Source: a bacterium | GTDB taxonomy: Bacteria; DUMJ01 | DNA length: 60,772 nucleotides | Assembly (NCBI GenBank): GCA_049970495.1 | Contig: JBMFMV010000004.1 | Location: 1 to 60,772 of the forward strand | Direction of reading: 5' to 3' | In this document: positions 18,202 to 28,182 of the stretch, one piece after another | How the letters are laid out: each line of letters begins with the position of its first letter | Position numbering within the stretch: position 1 is the first letter of the stretch | Program-made: the position numbers and the translations under genes | The notes under the pieces: generated by a model | What the model saw: only the letters and a program-made list of their open reading frames with translations | What the model was told of the DNA's origin: nothing | The model's database searches: none

Positions 18202-18209
18202 AGTATTAT
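18181..18209 (+). promoter_or_regulatory. near-consensus sigma-70 promoter driving the tRNA-tRNA-tilS unit
   Basis: TTGACA (18181-18186), 17-nt spacer, TATTAT (18204-18209). The predicted start is ~18216, 6-7 nt before the tRNA 5' end. It overlaps the hflX stop codon. Confidence 0.6.
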
Positions 18210-18222
18210 TTATATTGGAAGA

Positions 18223-18299
<77 letters not shown>

Positions 18300-18307
18300 T
18301 TTTTTAT

Positions 18308-18383
18308 GGCGGCATAGCTCAGTTGGCAGAGCAGGCGGCTCATACCCGCTATGTCCGAGGTTCGAATCCTCGTGCCGCTACCA
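18308..18383 (+). tRNA. tRNA with anticodon CAT: elongator Met or tRNA-Ile2 (lysidine substrate), unresolved
   Basis: ggcggcaTAgctcagttggcagagcAggcggCTCATACccgctatgtccgaggttcgaatcctcgtgccgctACCA. The cloverleaf folds cleanly (G1-U72, D stem gctc/gagc, T stem cgagg/cctcg) and CCA is encoded. Confidence 0.85.
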
Positions 18384-18390
18384 ATATTTG

Positions 18391-19773
18391 ATGGATTTCA
18401 TAGAAAAGGTCAAAAATTTTATTTTTGCGCATAATCTTATCTCTTCTGGAGATACAGTCCTTACAGGTGTATCCGGAGGTCCAGATTCTATGGCTCTTCT
18501 TTTTGTCTTATCCTCTCTTACAAAAGAGCTAGATTTCTCTATAATAGCTTGCTATGTTGATCATAAACTCAGACCTGAAAGTAAGGAGGAAGCGGTTTTT
18601 GTTTCTAATATAGCAAAGAGGCTCAACCTACCTTTTATCTTAAAAGAATTAGATTTAAAAGCGATGAAAAGAGAAGGGAGTCTAGAAGAACTAGCAAGAA
18701 AAGCCAGGTATATGGCACTAGAAGAAGCAAGGATTGAAAGTAATGGGAATAAGATAGCAGTTGCCCATCATTTAGATGACCATATAGAGACTGTCCTTAT
18801 GCGCATCATTAGAGGAACAAGTATAAAAGGACTTAGGGGCATCCCTATAAAAAATGGAAATATAATCAGGCCTCTAAGGTGCGTATGGCGCAAGGAAATA
18901 CTGGACTTCTGTAGTAAGAATGGTATAAGCTATGTGATAGACAGTTCAAACTTAAGTACAACTTTTACGAGAAACAAGATAAGATTAGAACTATTACCTA
19001 TATTAACAGGATATAATCCTAAGGTAAAAGAGGCGATATTAAGAATATCTGAACAGGCAGAAGAATTTGATCAGTTTCTCTCTTACATAGAGGAAGATAT
19101 TATAGAAAGGTATAAAGTTTCCCCTAAAGAATTTTATATTCCTATAAGAGACATAAATATCATCCCCAATCTACTAAGAAGGAGAATATTTATGAAGATA
19201 CTCGTCTACATTAGTCCTAAACCGGGAGATGTAAGAGAAGAATCATATAAGATGATTAGCTCACTCTTAGAAAATTCTACTGGCAAGAAGTTAAACCTTC
19301 CAGGTGGAGCCATAGCGTACAGGGATGCAGAAGGAATTAGGATATTAAAAGAGGAATTAGGTCCCCTACCTATATACGAACTTAATGTACCTGGAGTAAC
19401 TATAATAGATAGGTTGAAGAAAAAAGTTCATACAGAGGTAATTACAGATAAAGGGTCTATAAAAGAGGTGCCTAGATCTAGTAATCTATATACTTTTTAT
19501 CTAGATTTTGATAAAATAAAACTGCCGATATACCTTAGAAGTCCTAAGGAAGGAGAAAGGTTTTCTCCTTTAGGACTTGGAGGTAAGAGCAAAAAATTAC
19601 AGGATATAATGGTTGATAGAAAGATACCAAGGGAATATAGGGTTTTATATCCTGTTATAGTTGATAGTAGTGGGGAAATTGTATGTATTCCCGAGTATAC
19701 TATCAGTGAGAAAGTAAAGGTAGATGGTAATACAAGAAGAATACTTATAATGAGGATTGAAGACTATGAGTAA
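18391..19773 (+). CDS. tilS: tRNA(Ile)-lysidine synthase
   Basis: PP-loop VLTGVSGGPDSMAL and the long (type-I) C-terminal region. The ATG is 7 nt after the CCA of the preceding tRNA, with no SD. Confidence 0.9.
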   Translation: MDFIEKVKNFIFAHNLISSGDTVLTGVSGGPDSMALLFVLSSLTKELDFSIIACYVDHKLRPESKEEAVFVSNIAKRLNLPFILKELDLKAMKREGSLEELARKARYMALEEARIESNGNKIAVAHHLDDHIETVLMRIIRGTSIKGLRGIPIKNGNIIRPLRCVWRKEILDFCSKNGISYVIDSSNLSTTFTRNKIRLELLPILTGYNPKVKEAILRISEQAEEFDQFLSYIEEDIIERYKVSPKEFYIPIRDINIIPNLLRRRIFMKILVYISPKPGDVREESYKMISSLLENSTGKKLNLPGGAIAYRDAEGIRILKEELGPLPIYELNVPGVTIIDRLKKKVHTEVITDKGSIKEVPRSSNLYTFYLDFDKIKLPIYLRSPKEGERFSPLGLGGKSKKLQDIMVDRKIPREYRVLYPVIVDSSGEIVCIPEYTISEKVKVDGNTRRILIMRIEDYE

Positions 19774-20308
19774 CATAAAAGTTCTTTATACAGAAGAAGA
19801 GATACAAAACAGGGTAAAAGAATTAGGCGAAGAGATTACAAAGGCTTATGCGGGGAAGACTCCGCACCTTGTGTGTATCCTCAGAGGAGCGGTTATTTTT
19901 TTATCTGACCTCATAAGACATATAGACCTCCCTCTCACTATAGACTTTATGGCTGTATCTAGTTATGGAAAGGGGACAAAGTCTAGTGGTATTGTAAAGA
20001 TTATAAAGGACTTAGACGAAACTATAGAAAATAAGAATGTCCTTATAGTAGAGGATATAATAGACACAGGGCTTACACTTGAGCACCTTACTAAAATCTT
20101 TAAGGCTAGAAATCCAAAGGACTTAAAGGTGTGTGTTCTTTTAGATAAGGAAGCTAGAAGAATAGTCAATATAGATATAGACTTTGTAGGATTCAAGGTC
20201 CCAGACAAGTTTATAGTTGGTTATGGACTAGATTATAATGGGCTATACCGAAATCTGCCATTTCTTGGTATTCTTGACACCTTAGAAGCTGGAGGCGAGA
20301 AGTTTTGA
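19766..20308 (+). CDS. hpt: hypoxanthine phosphoribosyltransferase
   Basis: PRPP-binding motif VLIVEDIIDTGLT. ATG 19766 (GAGGA upstream) overlaps the tilS stop (ATGAGTAA). Confidence 0.9.
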   Translation: MSNIKVLYTEEEIQNRVKELGEEITKAYAGKTPHLVCILRGAVIFLSDLIRHIDLPLTIDFMAVSSYGKGTKSSGIVKIIKDLDETIENKNVLIVEDIIDTGLTLEHLTKIFKARNPKDLKVCVLLDKEARRIVNIDIDFVGFKVPDKFIVGYGLDYNGLYRNLPFLGILDTLEAGGEKF

Positions 20309-22104
20309 GAAGACAGATTAATGGAGCTATAATATACCTTATTATATTTATCATAATAGCTATCTTCTTCTGGAGGTCTATGCTCAACATGGGTCCCTCT
20401 CCGATGGAAGTAAGCTATTCAGATTTTCTTAACTATGTAAGGCAGGGAAGAGTTGCCGAAGTAAGTATAGGTGAAACAATAAAGGGAAGATTCTTAGATG
20501 GAGGAGAATTTATTACTTATAAGGTTGATGACCCAAATCTAGTAGAGGAATTGAGAAAGGCTAATGTAAAATTTACAGGGGTTCCTCCTGCTCAGCCTTC
20601 TTGGTGGATAGGACTAGTTTCACCTTTTATAACCGTAATACTTATAGGTCTTCTCTGGTATTTTATGTTTCGACAGGCTCAAGGGGCAAATAATCAGGCG
20701 ATGTCCTTTGGAAAGAGTAGAGCAAGGTTAGCATCGGAGAGTAAAGTTAAAGTTACTTTTGCCGATGTAGCGGGGGTAGAAGAAGCAAAAGAGGAATTAA
20801 GGGAAGTAGTAGAATTTCTAAAAAATCCCAAAAAGTTTCAGTCTCTTGGAGCTAAAATCCCTAAAGGGGTTCTCCTTGTTGGACCTCCAGGATCCGGCAA
20901 GACATTACTTGCTAGGGCAGTGGCAGGAGAAGCAGGTGTTCCATTCTTTAGTATAAGTGGTTCAGAGTTTGTTGAGATGTTCGTAGGTGTAGGTGCTTCT
21001 AGAGTAAGGGACCTTTTCAATCAAGCCAAGAGACACGCCCCTTGTATAGTATTTATCGATGAGATAGATGCAGTTGGTAGGCATAGGGGAGCTGGATTAG
21101 GTGGTGGACATGACGAAAGGGAACAGACCTTGAATCAGCTCCTAGTTGAAATGGATGGATTTGACCCTAACACTGGTATTATAGTCATTGCTGCTACTAA
21201 TAGACCAGACATACTTGATCCTGCTCTCCTAAGACCTGGGAGGATAGACAGAAAAATAGTTGTAGATAATCCTGACCTAGAAGGAAGGCTAGAGATTCTA
21301 AAGATACATGCTCGAGGCAAACCTCTAGCAGAGGATGTAAATCTTCAGATAATAGCTCAGAGGACCCCAGGTTTTTCAGGTGCAGATTTGGCAAACCTTA
21401 TGAATGAAGCAGCACTCTTAGCGGCTAGAAAGAACAAGAGTAAGATTACTATGCAGGAACTAGAAGAAGCTATAGATAAGGTTATTGCAGGTCCAGAGAG
21501 GAAGAGTAGGGTTCTGTCTGAAAAAGAGAAAGAATTGATAGCCTATCATGAAGTAGGCCATGCTCTAGTAACAAAATTCCTACCCAATGCAGATAAAGTC
21601 CATAGGATATCAATAATCCCTAGAGGGATGGCTCTAGGTTATACCCTACATCTTCCTACTGAGGATAAACATATACTTACAAAGGAAGAACTGCTAGATA
21701 AGATAGTAACCGCTTTAGGCGGAAGAGCAGCTGAGGAGATAATATTTAATGAAAGCACTACAGGAGCACAGAACGATCTAGAAGTGGCAACAGAGATTGC
21801 TAGAAAGATGGTTACAGAATTTGGTATGAGTGAAGAGTTAGGACCCTTAACATTTGGCAAGAAGCAAGGGCAGGTCTTTCTAGGTAGAGATCTTATAGAG
21901 AGCAGGAACTACAGTGAGCAGGTAGCTTTTATGATAGATAAAGAGGTTAGAAGGATAGTAGAATCCTGCTATGATAGGGCAAAAGAAATTCTTTTAAAGA
22001 ATAAAGGTCTTCTTGTAAAAATTGCCAATATTCTTAAAGAGAAAGAGACCATAGAGGCAGAAGAATTCGAAAGACTTATAGGAGAAAGTTCTGCTACAAC
22101 TTAA
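20305..22104 (+). CDS. ftsH: ATP-dependent zinc metalloprotease FtsH
   Basis: Two N-terminal TM segments, Walker A GPPGSGKT, Walker B IVFIDEID, Zn site HEVGHAL. TTG start follows GGAGG and overlaps the hpt stop. Confidence 0.95.
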   Translation: MRRQINGAIIYLIIFIIIAIFFWRSMLNMGPSPMEVSYSDFLNYVRQGRVAEVSIGETIKGRFLDGGEFITYKVDDPNLVEELRKANVKFTGVPPAQPSWWIGLVSPFITVILIGLLWYFMFRQAQGANNQAMSFGKSRARLASESKVKVTFADVAGVEEAKEELREVVEFLKNPKKFQSLGAKIPKGVLLVGPPGSGKTLLARAVAGEAGVPFFSISGSEFVEMFVGVGASRVRDLFNQAKRHAPCIVFIDEIDAVGRHRGAGLGGGHDEREQTLNQLLVEMDGFDPNTGIIVIAATNRPDILDPALLRPGRIDRKIVVDNPDLEGRLEILKIHARGKPLAEDVNLQIIAQRTPGFSGADLANLMNEAALLAARKNKSKITMQELEEAIDKVIAGPERKSRVLSEKEKELIAYHEVGHALVTKFLPNADKVHRISIIPRGMALGYTLHLPTEDKHILTKEELLDKIVTALGGRAAEEIIFNESTTGAQNDLEVATEIARKMVTEFGMSEELGPLTFGKKQGQVFLGRDLIESRNYSEQVAFMIDKEVRRIVESCYDRAKEILLKNKGLLVKIANILKEKETIEAEEFERLIGESSATT

Positions 22105-22111
22105 AGAAAAA

Positions 22112-22132
22112 AGGGGAGGCAATACCTCCCCT
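22112..22132. terminator. hairpin terminator between convergent ftsH and the ABC ATPase gene
   Basis: aggggagg-caata-cctcccct, with an A-rich 5' flank and AT-rich 3' flank. Confidence 0.55.
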
Positions 22133-22202
22133 ATATTATACTTAGGGTATACTCTCTAAGGAGTATCACCTCGTAAATTCAAACCTTAAAGTCGATAATA
22201 CA

Positions 22203-23309
22203 CTATATAATTGCCTCTCCTGTATTTGGATCAAACAGGTGCATCTTATCCATGTCGAAGTATACTCTCCACTCTAGTCCTGTTTGTGCCTTAGTAGCAG
22301 GATCTACTGTTGCTACTATTACATGCTCTCCTGTTGTCAAATACAGGTTAACTTCTGAACCTAATGGTTCTGTTACGTCTACGGTAGCCTTTATAGTCCA
22401 CTCAGGCTTTGTATCAGCCTCTCTCATAAGCTCTGCATCATAGATATCTTGAGGTCTTATACCGAAGATAACCTCTTTTGTAGCATAGGGTTCAACTAGC
22501 GAATTAAGAGACTCAGGGACTTTTACCTCAAAGCTCCCTGCATTCAACCAGTAGCCACCATTTTTCTTCTCTAGAACTGCATTTATAAAGTTCATAGCAG
22601 GACTACCTATAAATCCTGCAACAAAGAGGTTTCTTGGCTTATTGAATAGATTCAGAGGTGAATCTATCTGCTGGATTACTCCGTTGTTCATAACGACAAT
22701 CTTGTCACCCATAGTCATAGCTTCTACTTGGTCGTGGGTCACGTAAATTGTTGTAACCTGAAGCCTGTTATGTAACCTCTTCAACTCTGCCCTAGTCTGA
22801 ACCCTTAGTTTAGCGTCTAGGTTAGAGAGTGGCTCGTCCATAAGGAAGACTTGAGGTGTCCTAACAATAGCTCTACCTAACGCTACTCTCTGTCTCTGTC
22901 CACCTGACAGTTCCTTAGGTTTTCTCTTTAGAAGGTCCTGAATTCCAAGCATCTCAGCTACTTCTTTTACCTTTTGCTCAATCTCTTTTTTAGGAACCTT
23001 CCTCAATTTTAGACCAAATGCCATGTTATCAAAGACTGTCATGTGAGGATATAGGGCATAGTTCTGGAAGACCATAGCTATATCCCTATCCTTAGGAGCG
23101 ACATCATTCACTAGCCTATCCCCTATGTAGATATTACCCTCGGTTACCTCCTCAAGACCTGCAATCATCCTCAAAGTAGTAGTCTTACCGCAGCCTGAGG
23201 GACCTACTAGGATGCAAAACTCCTTGTCTTCGATGACAAGGTTTGCATCTTTTACTGCTTCTACCGTACCGAACCTTTTGGTTACATGTTCAAGTACCAC
23301 TCGCGCCAT
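22203..23309 (-). CDS. MalK/MsmX/UgpC-type sugar ABC transporter ATPase (orphan, no cognate permease adjacent)
   Basis: Walker A GPSGCGKTT, signature LSGGQRQR, Walker B FLMDEPLSNLD, and a C-terminal MalK-like regulatory domain. Confidence 0.9.
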   Translation of the reverse strand: MARVVLEHVTKRFGTVEAVKDANLVIEDKEFCILVGPSGCGKTTTLRMIAGLEEVTEGNIYIGDRLVNDVAPKDRDIAMVFQNYALYPHMTVFDNMAFGLKLRKVPKKEIEQKVKEVAEMLGIQDLLKRKPKELSGGQRQRVALGRAIVRTPQVFLMDEPLSNLDAKLRVQTRAELKRLHNRLQVTTIYVTHDQVEAMTMGDKIVVMNNGVIQQIDSPLNLFNKPRNLFVAGFIGSPAMNFINAVLEKKNGGYWLNAGSFEVKVPESLNSLVEPYATKEVIFGIRPQDIYDAELMREADTKPEWTIKATVDVTEPLGSEVNLYLTTGEHVIVATVDPATKAQTGLEWRVYFDMDKMHLFDPNTGEAII

Positions 23310-23365
23310 ACCTTTTGCGCCTCCTCTTTTTAGAATTTTCTAATATAATTATACCCCATAATGAC

Positions 23366-24448
23366 CTAATGTTCACCCTTTTTCAAATATTCTTTGAGCC
23401 TCTCTATACTATTAACAAGGGTTGGGTCTACCCCTCTCTTAATTGCAAGATAGAAAGAGACAAAGTCTCCTATATATATCAGAGATAAAAATCTCTCTAA
23501 CAATGACTCCCCCTTGCTCCAAACTTCGTCTATCCCTGCAGATATAGAAGATATAAACTCCTTCATATACTGAATTCTAAGCCTTATCCTATCTATCTCT
23601 CCTTTATCTCTAAGGAATATAACAAAGGTCCTCTTTAAGAAATCATCCTTCCCTTCCCATCCCATAATCTCGTTATGGTTTAATTCAGGAAAGCTATTCC
23701 ATACCGCAAATAATTTACTGTTTTCATTAAGCTGACACTTCCACCTATAAGCTATCACCCCAAAATATTCGTCTGGAGCGTATATAATAGGCAGATGACC
23801 ATACAATTCGTTAGCTAATCTTTTAGCTATATTAACATCTTCAGATACTTCCTCCTTTAACTCATTTTCTCTCATCTCTTTCATTAAGGTTACCGCCCTC
23901 TCTATGTCCTCATCAGTAATATTAATAAGCCCTAGTCTCGAGAGAACACTTAAAACTGGTATAAATGTGTATCCTAAGGCAGCTCTAGGAGGAAAACCTG
24001 TAGGTATAGTTATAGAAGTAATTCCTGGTGTCTTTGTCGCTATACTTTCTATCTCTCCTCCAGACGCCACTGTTACAACACTAGCACCTTTTTCTAAGCC
24101 TTCTTTACATGCAGCTATAGACTCTTCTGTATTTCCAGAGTAACTAACAACTATGAGGAGAGTATTCTTATTGACAAAACCTGGGAGGCTATAATCTCTA
24201 ACAATTGAAAACGGGATCTTAAACTCCCAATATCCTAGAGACTTTATAATGTCTCCCCCTATAGCAGATCCACCCATGCCTACTAAGACTATATCATTCC
24301 AAACCTTATTTAAATGAGAAATATCTACACTCTTACCTACTTCCCAAGCTGATAAAATCTGCTCGGGAAGGTTATAAATCTTCTGATACATATGTGAAGG
24401 ATCTTGCCTAGAAAAGACTTCCCTTTCCACTGCCAATTCTCCTTTCAT
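23366..24448 (-). CDS. SIS-domain bifunctional phosphoglucose/phosphomannose isomerase-like protein
   Basis: SIS blocks LVGMGGSAIGGD and LLIVVSYSGNTEES. Its size and its position among glycolytic genes agree. Confidence 0.7.
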   Translation of the reverse strand: MKGELAVEREVFSRQDPSHMYQKIYNLPEQILSAWEVGKSVDISHLNKVWNDIVLVGMGGSAIGGDIIKSLGYWEFKIPFSIVRDYSLPGFVNKNTLLIVVSYSGNTEESIAACKEGLEKGASVVTVASGGEIESIATKTPGITSITIPTGFPPRAALGYTFIPVLSVLSRLGLINITDEDIERAVTLMKEMRENELKEEVSEDVNIAKRLANELYGHLPIIYAPDEYFGVIAYRWKCQLNENSKLFAVWNSFPELNHNEIMGWEGKDDFLKRTFVIFLRDKGEIDRIRLRIQYMKEFISSISAGIDEVWSKGESLLERFLSLIYIGDFVSFYLAIKRGVDPTLVNSIERLKEYLKKGEH

Positions 24449-24454
24449 ATAAAT

Positions 24455-25444
24455 CTAATAAGCTAATCCCTTCTCCAATTTTTCCATAGCGAGTACACAA
24501 GCACCTATCATACCAGCAGAATCCCCCAATTCAGCAGGTATGATTTCTACAACATCCCTAGAACCAGGAAAACTTCTAGTCTTTACCATCTGTATCGCCG
24601 GAGGCATAAGTATATCCCAAGATTTGGCAATACCTCCACCTATAATAATGCACTCAGGATTAAATACTGTAGTAAGTGTTACTAGCCCTAGACCAAGATA
24701 ATAGCTTGTTTCCTTAAAGACATCTAGAGCCACTTTATCTCCCATCTTTGCCGCCTTGTATATAAGGGCAGGAGTTATCTTGGTTATATCTCTTTCTGCT
24801 AACTCAAATATCTTCGTCTCTAACCCGCTCTTGATAGCCTTCTCAGCCCTAGAAATCATTGAAGGTCCAGCGGCAAGAGCTTCAAAACAGCCATAATTAC
24901 CACAGTTGCACTTTGGACCATTACTATCTATTACCATATGGCCTATTTCTCCACCACCACCAATACTTCCACGGAATAGCTCTCCATTAATGATAATTCC
25001 CGAGCCTATCCCTGTTCCAAGGGCGATAAAAATCATATACTTCTTACCCTTTCCTGCTCCAAATCTTCTCTCCCCTAACGCAGCAACTCGGACATCATTC
25101 TCTATAAACACAGGAAGATTGAAACGGTTTTTTATAGGACTAACCATATCGACATTATGCCACTTTAGGTTTGGAGAGAATATATTTATTCCCTTTTCAA
25201 CATCTAAGATACCAGGAGCGCCTAATCCTACCCCTAAAACATCCTTTCCAGTAAGTCCAGCTTTTTCTATAGCCATTCCTATATAATCAACTATCTTTCC
25301 CATCACAGCATCTGGCCCATCTTCTACAGGGGTGTCTGTATCTAGCCTAGAAAGGACATTTCCATCAAAGTCCATAACTCCAACTGTAAATGTAGTTCCG
25401 CCTAAATCTACTCCAACAATCTTTTTTGTCCTATCGATATTCAT
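24455..25444 (-). CDS. ROK-family sugar kinase (glucokinase-like)
   Basis: N-terminal GVDLGGT, and the ROK zinc motif GHMVIDSNGPKCNCGNYGCFE. Confidence 0.85.
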   Translation of the reverse strand: MNIDRTKKIVGVDLGGTTFTVGVMDFDGNVLSRLDTDTPVEDGPDAVMGKIVDYIGMAIEKAGLTGKDVLGVGLGAPGILDVEKGINIFSPNLKWHNVDMVSPIKNRFNLPVFIENDVRVAALGERRFGAGKGKKYMIFIALGTGIGSGIIINGELFRGSIGGGGEIGHMVIDSNGPKCNCGNYGCFEALAAGPSMISRAEKAIKSGLETKIFELAERDITKITPALIYKAAKMGDKVALDVFKETSYYLGLGLVTLTTVFNPECIIIGGGIAKSWDILMPPAIQMVKTRSFPGSRDVVEIIPAELGDSAGMIGACVLAMEKLEKGLAY

Positions 25445-25446
25445 AT

Positions 25447-26298
25447 CTACACCCTTCCTGCACTACCTAGAATATCGATATTATTTAGAACTTCCCTCTT
25501 TACATTCTCCATCCCTTCTGTTAAATAGTCTCTTGGTTCTATAGTACCATTGTCTAATACCTTCTTTATTCCACTTGCCATAGCCATCTTTAATTCGGTA
25601 GCTATATTAACCTTCTTTATACCGAGCTTAATAGCCCTTCGTATGTCTTCTTTAGGAACCCCCGATGAGCCGTGTAGGACTAGTGGAACACCAGGAAGTC
25701 TAGAATGTATCTCCTCTAATCTCTGGAAGTTTATCTTAGCATTCTTCTTCTGCATACCATGAGCAGTCCCTATAGCTATAGCCAGAGAAGTAACACCAGT
25801 AAGTTCATAGAACCTTACCGCATCTTCAACCTCTGTATATATAACTTCATCTTCCTTTACCTTTATATACTCTTCAACCCCTCCGATCCTACCTATCTCA
25901 CCTTCTACAGGTATTCCTACCGCCTTAGCTATCTTAACCACCTCTTTTGTGGTAGCCACATTCTCATCAAAGGGTAAGTGTGAACCATCATACATTATAG
26001 ATGTAAAGCCAGCTCTTATAGCTCCTACTACAAACTCTAACTTCCTTGAATGGTCTAAGTGAAACACTACAGGGATATTTTCTGAGAATTTATCAGCGAA
26101 CCTAATCAAATAGCTCAAATAATCAAAGCCTAAGAAATTTACTGTACTCTCACTAGCCTGGATAATTAGAGGGGAGTTAGCCTCTTTAGCGGCAAGAATA
26201 ATTGCTACTAGAAACTCCCTATTGGAGATATTAAATGCTCCAATAGCATAGTCACTATTAACAGCTTCCTTTAAGAGTATATCTGCAGTAACTAACAA
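25447..26298 (-). CDS. fba: class II fructose/tagatose-bisphosphate aldolase
   Basis: AFN...QASES...HLDHS...IGTAHG...LVLHGSSG pattern. TTG start follows AAGGAG. Confidence 0.85.
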   Translation of the reverse strand: MLVTADILLKEAVNSDYAIGAFNISNREFLVAIILAAKEANSPLIIQASESTVNFLGFDYLSYLIRFADKFSENIPVVFHLDHSRKLEFVVGAIRAGFTSIMYDGSHLPFDENVATTKEVVKIAKAVGIPVEGEIGRIGGVEEYIKVKEDEVIYTEVEDAVRFYELTGVTSLAIAIGTAHGMQKKNAKINFQRLEEIHSRLPGVPLVLHGSSGVPKEDIRRAIKLGIKKVNIATELKMAMASGIKKVLDNGTIEPRDYLTEGMENVKREVLNNIDILGSAGRV

Positions 26299-26313
26299 CT
26301 TCGTAACTCCTTT

Positions 26314-27306
26314 CTATCTAGAATTTAACTTGTCTAATATAGATTTTATCTCTTTATCCTCTGGTTCCAAAACCAGATAACTATTCAGGATATCTTTTGC
26401 ATCTTCTAACTTTCCCTGAGACACATAGAAGTTAACATAGTCTTTCACTATATCCCTATTACTAGGACTTAGGGTGTATGCTCTAGAAAAATACTGGTCT
26501 GCCGTTTTTACATCATTTAATTTCCAATATATAAGTCCTGCAGTGTTATAAATATAGGGTAATGGATACTGCAGCAGGACTCTATCTATAGTCTTCTTAG
26601 CATTTTCTATATCTCCAAGCTGTAACAGGATATATGCATATGCATTTAGACCCATAGGATTATCGGGATATATCTTCAAATATTTCTCTATCTCATTCTT
26701 TGCTGACTTCCAGTCTGAACTAGAAACAAATCTTCTAGTATTAGAGTAAAAAAGTAATGCATTCTTAACTGTACCATTCTCAGATATACTTAGTCTTTTA
26801 TCTTTAGGAACAATTACAACCGTAATATTTGGAGCTTCTCTTACCCATAACGATTTAAATTTATCTTCATCTAAGATATAATTGTTTCTTATAATAGGAT
26901 CGTTAGTTATCAATCCCTTCTGATCATCAAACCCTATAACCAATCTCCAGTATAGATAATCGTATGGTTTCCTAAATGACTGTCCAACTATAACTGGTAC
27001 CTCTGAATAGTTTATAAGATTTTTAATCTCTTTTATCTGAAGTTGTGTTATGTATACTTTATAACCCTTACTTTCTAGGTAAGTCGCTGCAGAAAATAGA
27101 TCTTCCCATCCTAAGGAGGATATCTTTGACTTTAGATCTTCCATATCAAACTTAGCTCCTAGATACTCCAAGACCATAGAGATACAACTAGTAAGTGGGT
27201 ATCCTTCTATAGTATGATAAGGGACTGAAACAAGAGAAAAAGAGCTAGCTATTACCCAATTAGGTAATAAGAGAAATAATAATATTAAGACTGATAATCT
27301 TTGCAA
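26314..27306 (-). CDS. secreted peptidase-C39-like domain plus TPR-repeat protein
   Basis: ORF track start 27375 overlaps rpsU. TTG 27306 (AGAGG 6 nt upstream) gives a signal-like LQRLSVLILLFLLLPNWVIASS. It has a papain-like Cys context (PLTSCISMVLEYLG) and C-terminal TPRs. Confidence 0.5.
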   Translation of the reverse strand: MQRLSVLILLFLLLPNWVIASSFSLVSVPYHTIEGYPLTSCISMVLEYLGAKFDMEDLKSKISSLGWEDLFSAATYLESKGYKVYITQLQIKEIKNLINYSEVPVIVGQSFRKPYDYLYWRLVIGFDDQKGLITNDPIIRNNYILDEDKFKSLWVREAPNITVVIVPKDKRLSISENGTVKNALLFYSNTRRFVSSSDWKSAKNEIEKYLKIYPDNPMGLNAYAYILLQLGDIENAKKTIDRVLLQYPLPYIYNTAGLIYWKLNDVKTADQYFSRAYTLSPSNRDIVKDYVNFYVSQGKLEDAKDILNSYLVLEPEDKEIKSILDKLNSR

Positions 27307-27310
27307 ACTC

Positions 27311-27478
27311 TTACCTCTTTTTCTTCCTGGAAGCCTCTCTCTTCCTCTTTTCGCTTGGCTTTTCGTAGTGCTCATGTCTACGGATTTCTGAAAGTATTCC
27401 GGACTTTTGAATTTCTCTTCTAAACCTCTTTAGGGCACTCTCTATAGACTCGTTTTCTTGAACCTGAACTTCAGGCAT
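27311..27478 (-). CDS. rpsU: 30S ribosomal protein S21
   Basis: [51 protein letters not shown] 27478 follows GGAGGGG; the longer track ORF (27499) is an upstream extension. Confidence 0.9.
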   Translation of the reverse strand: MPEVQVQENESIESALKRFRREIQKSGILSEIRRHEHYEKPSEKRKREASRKKKR

Positions 27479-27561
27479 TACATTTGCCCCTCCTTTCAAA
27501 TTTTATTTTTAATATTTTAACAATTGAATTATAAACTCCTTATGCAAAATTTTCAATAGGT

Positions 27562-28182
27562 CTATCTTCCTCTAATAATATCCTTTATCCTCATAAGCCT
27601 AGTAATAGTTTCTAGCTGTAGTTCCTCTAATTTCATTGAGATAAATCTTATAGCTGATTCTATCTGAGGGATAAGCTCATATTCCAAGGCATTAACTCTT
27701 CTTCTTGTACTTTCTAAGGCTATACCTAGATTTATAACTGAAGCCTCCAATTCCATAAGTCTCATAAGTTTATCTAGAGAGTCAAGAAGCTTTCTATAAG
27801 CAGAATCCAACTCAACAGATACCCCTAAAAAACCATAGAGTAATGGCCCAGGGTATGTTATCTCTATAATAGGTAGAGGGACATTAACTACAGATCTCCA
27901 CTTAATATTAACCTCTATCTTACTCAAAGGTTCGACTAATGTCCTATCAAATAAAAACGAATCTCCCAAAGCACTAGCTAGCTGAAATGCCCTATTTACA
28001 TCCTCCAAAGACTCTATAAGCTCAAGAAGAACTCTCTCTAGCTCATTTAAATGAGCCAAAAATTGCCTCATCAATTCTTCCTGTTTATCTTTTAATAGCT
28101 TATGTCCTCTCCTAGCGACATTTAGACGCCTAGTCAGCTTTAGAAGTTCCATCCTGTTTGGACGGACTTTAATCTCTGGCAT
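27562..28182 (-). CDS. atpD: V/A-type ATPase subunit D
   Basis: [37 protein letters not shown]. Last gene of the operon. Confidence 0.9.
   Translation of the reverse strand: MPEIKVRPNRMELLKLTRRLNVARRGHKLLKDKQEELMRQFLAHLNELERVLLELIESLEDVNRAFQLASALGDSFLFDRTLVEPLSKIEVNIKWRSVVNVPLPIIEITYPGPLLYGFLGVSVELDSAYRKLLDSLDKLMRLMELEASVINLGIALESTRRRVNALEYELIPQIESAIRFISMKLEELQLETITRLMRIKDIIRGR

Noticed and set aside
27307-27375. N-terminal 23 codons ([23 protein letters not shown]) of track ORF 26314..27375
   Set aside because: They overlap the 3' end of rpsU in another frame. A TTG at 27306 with a proper SD gives a sensible signal peptide, so the extension is probably not translated.
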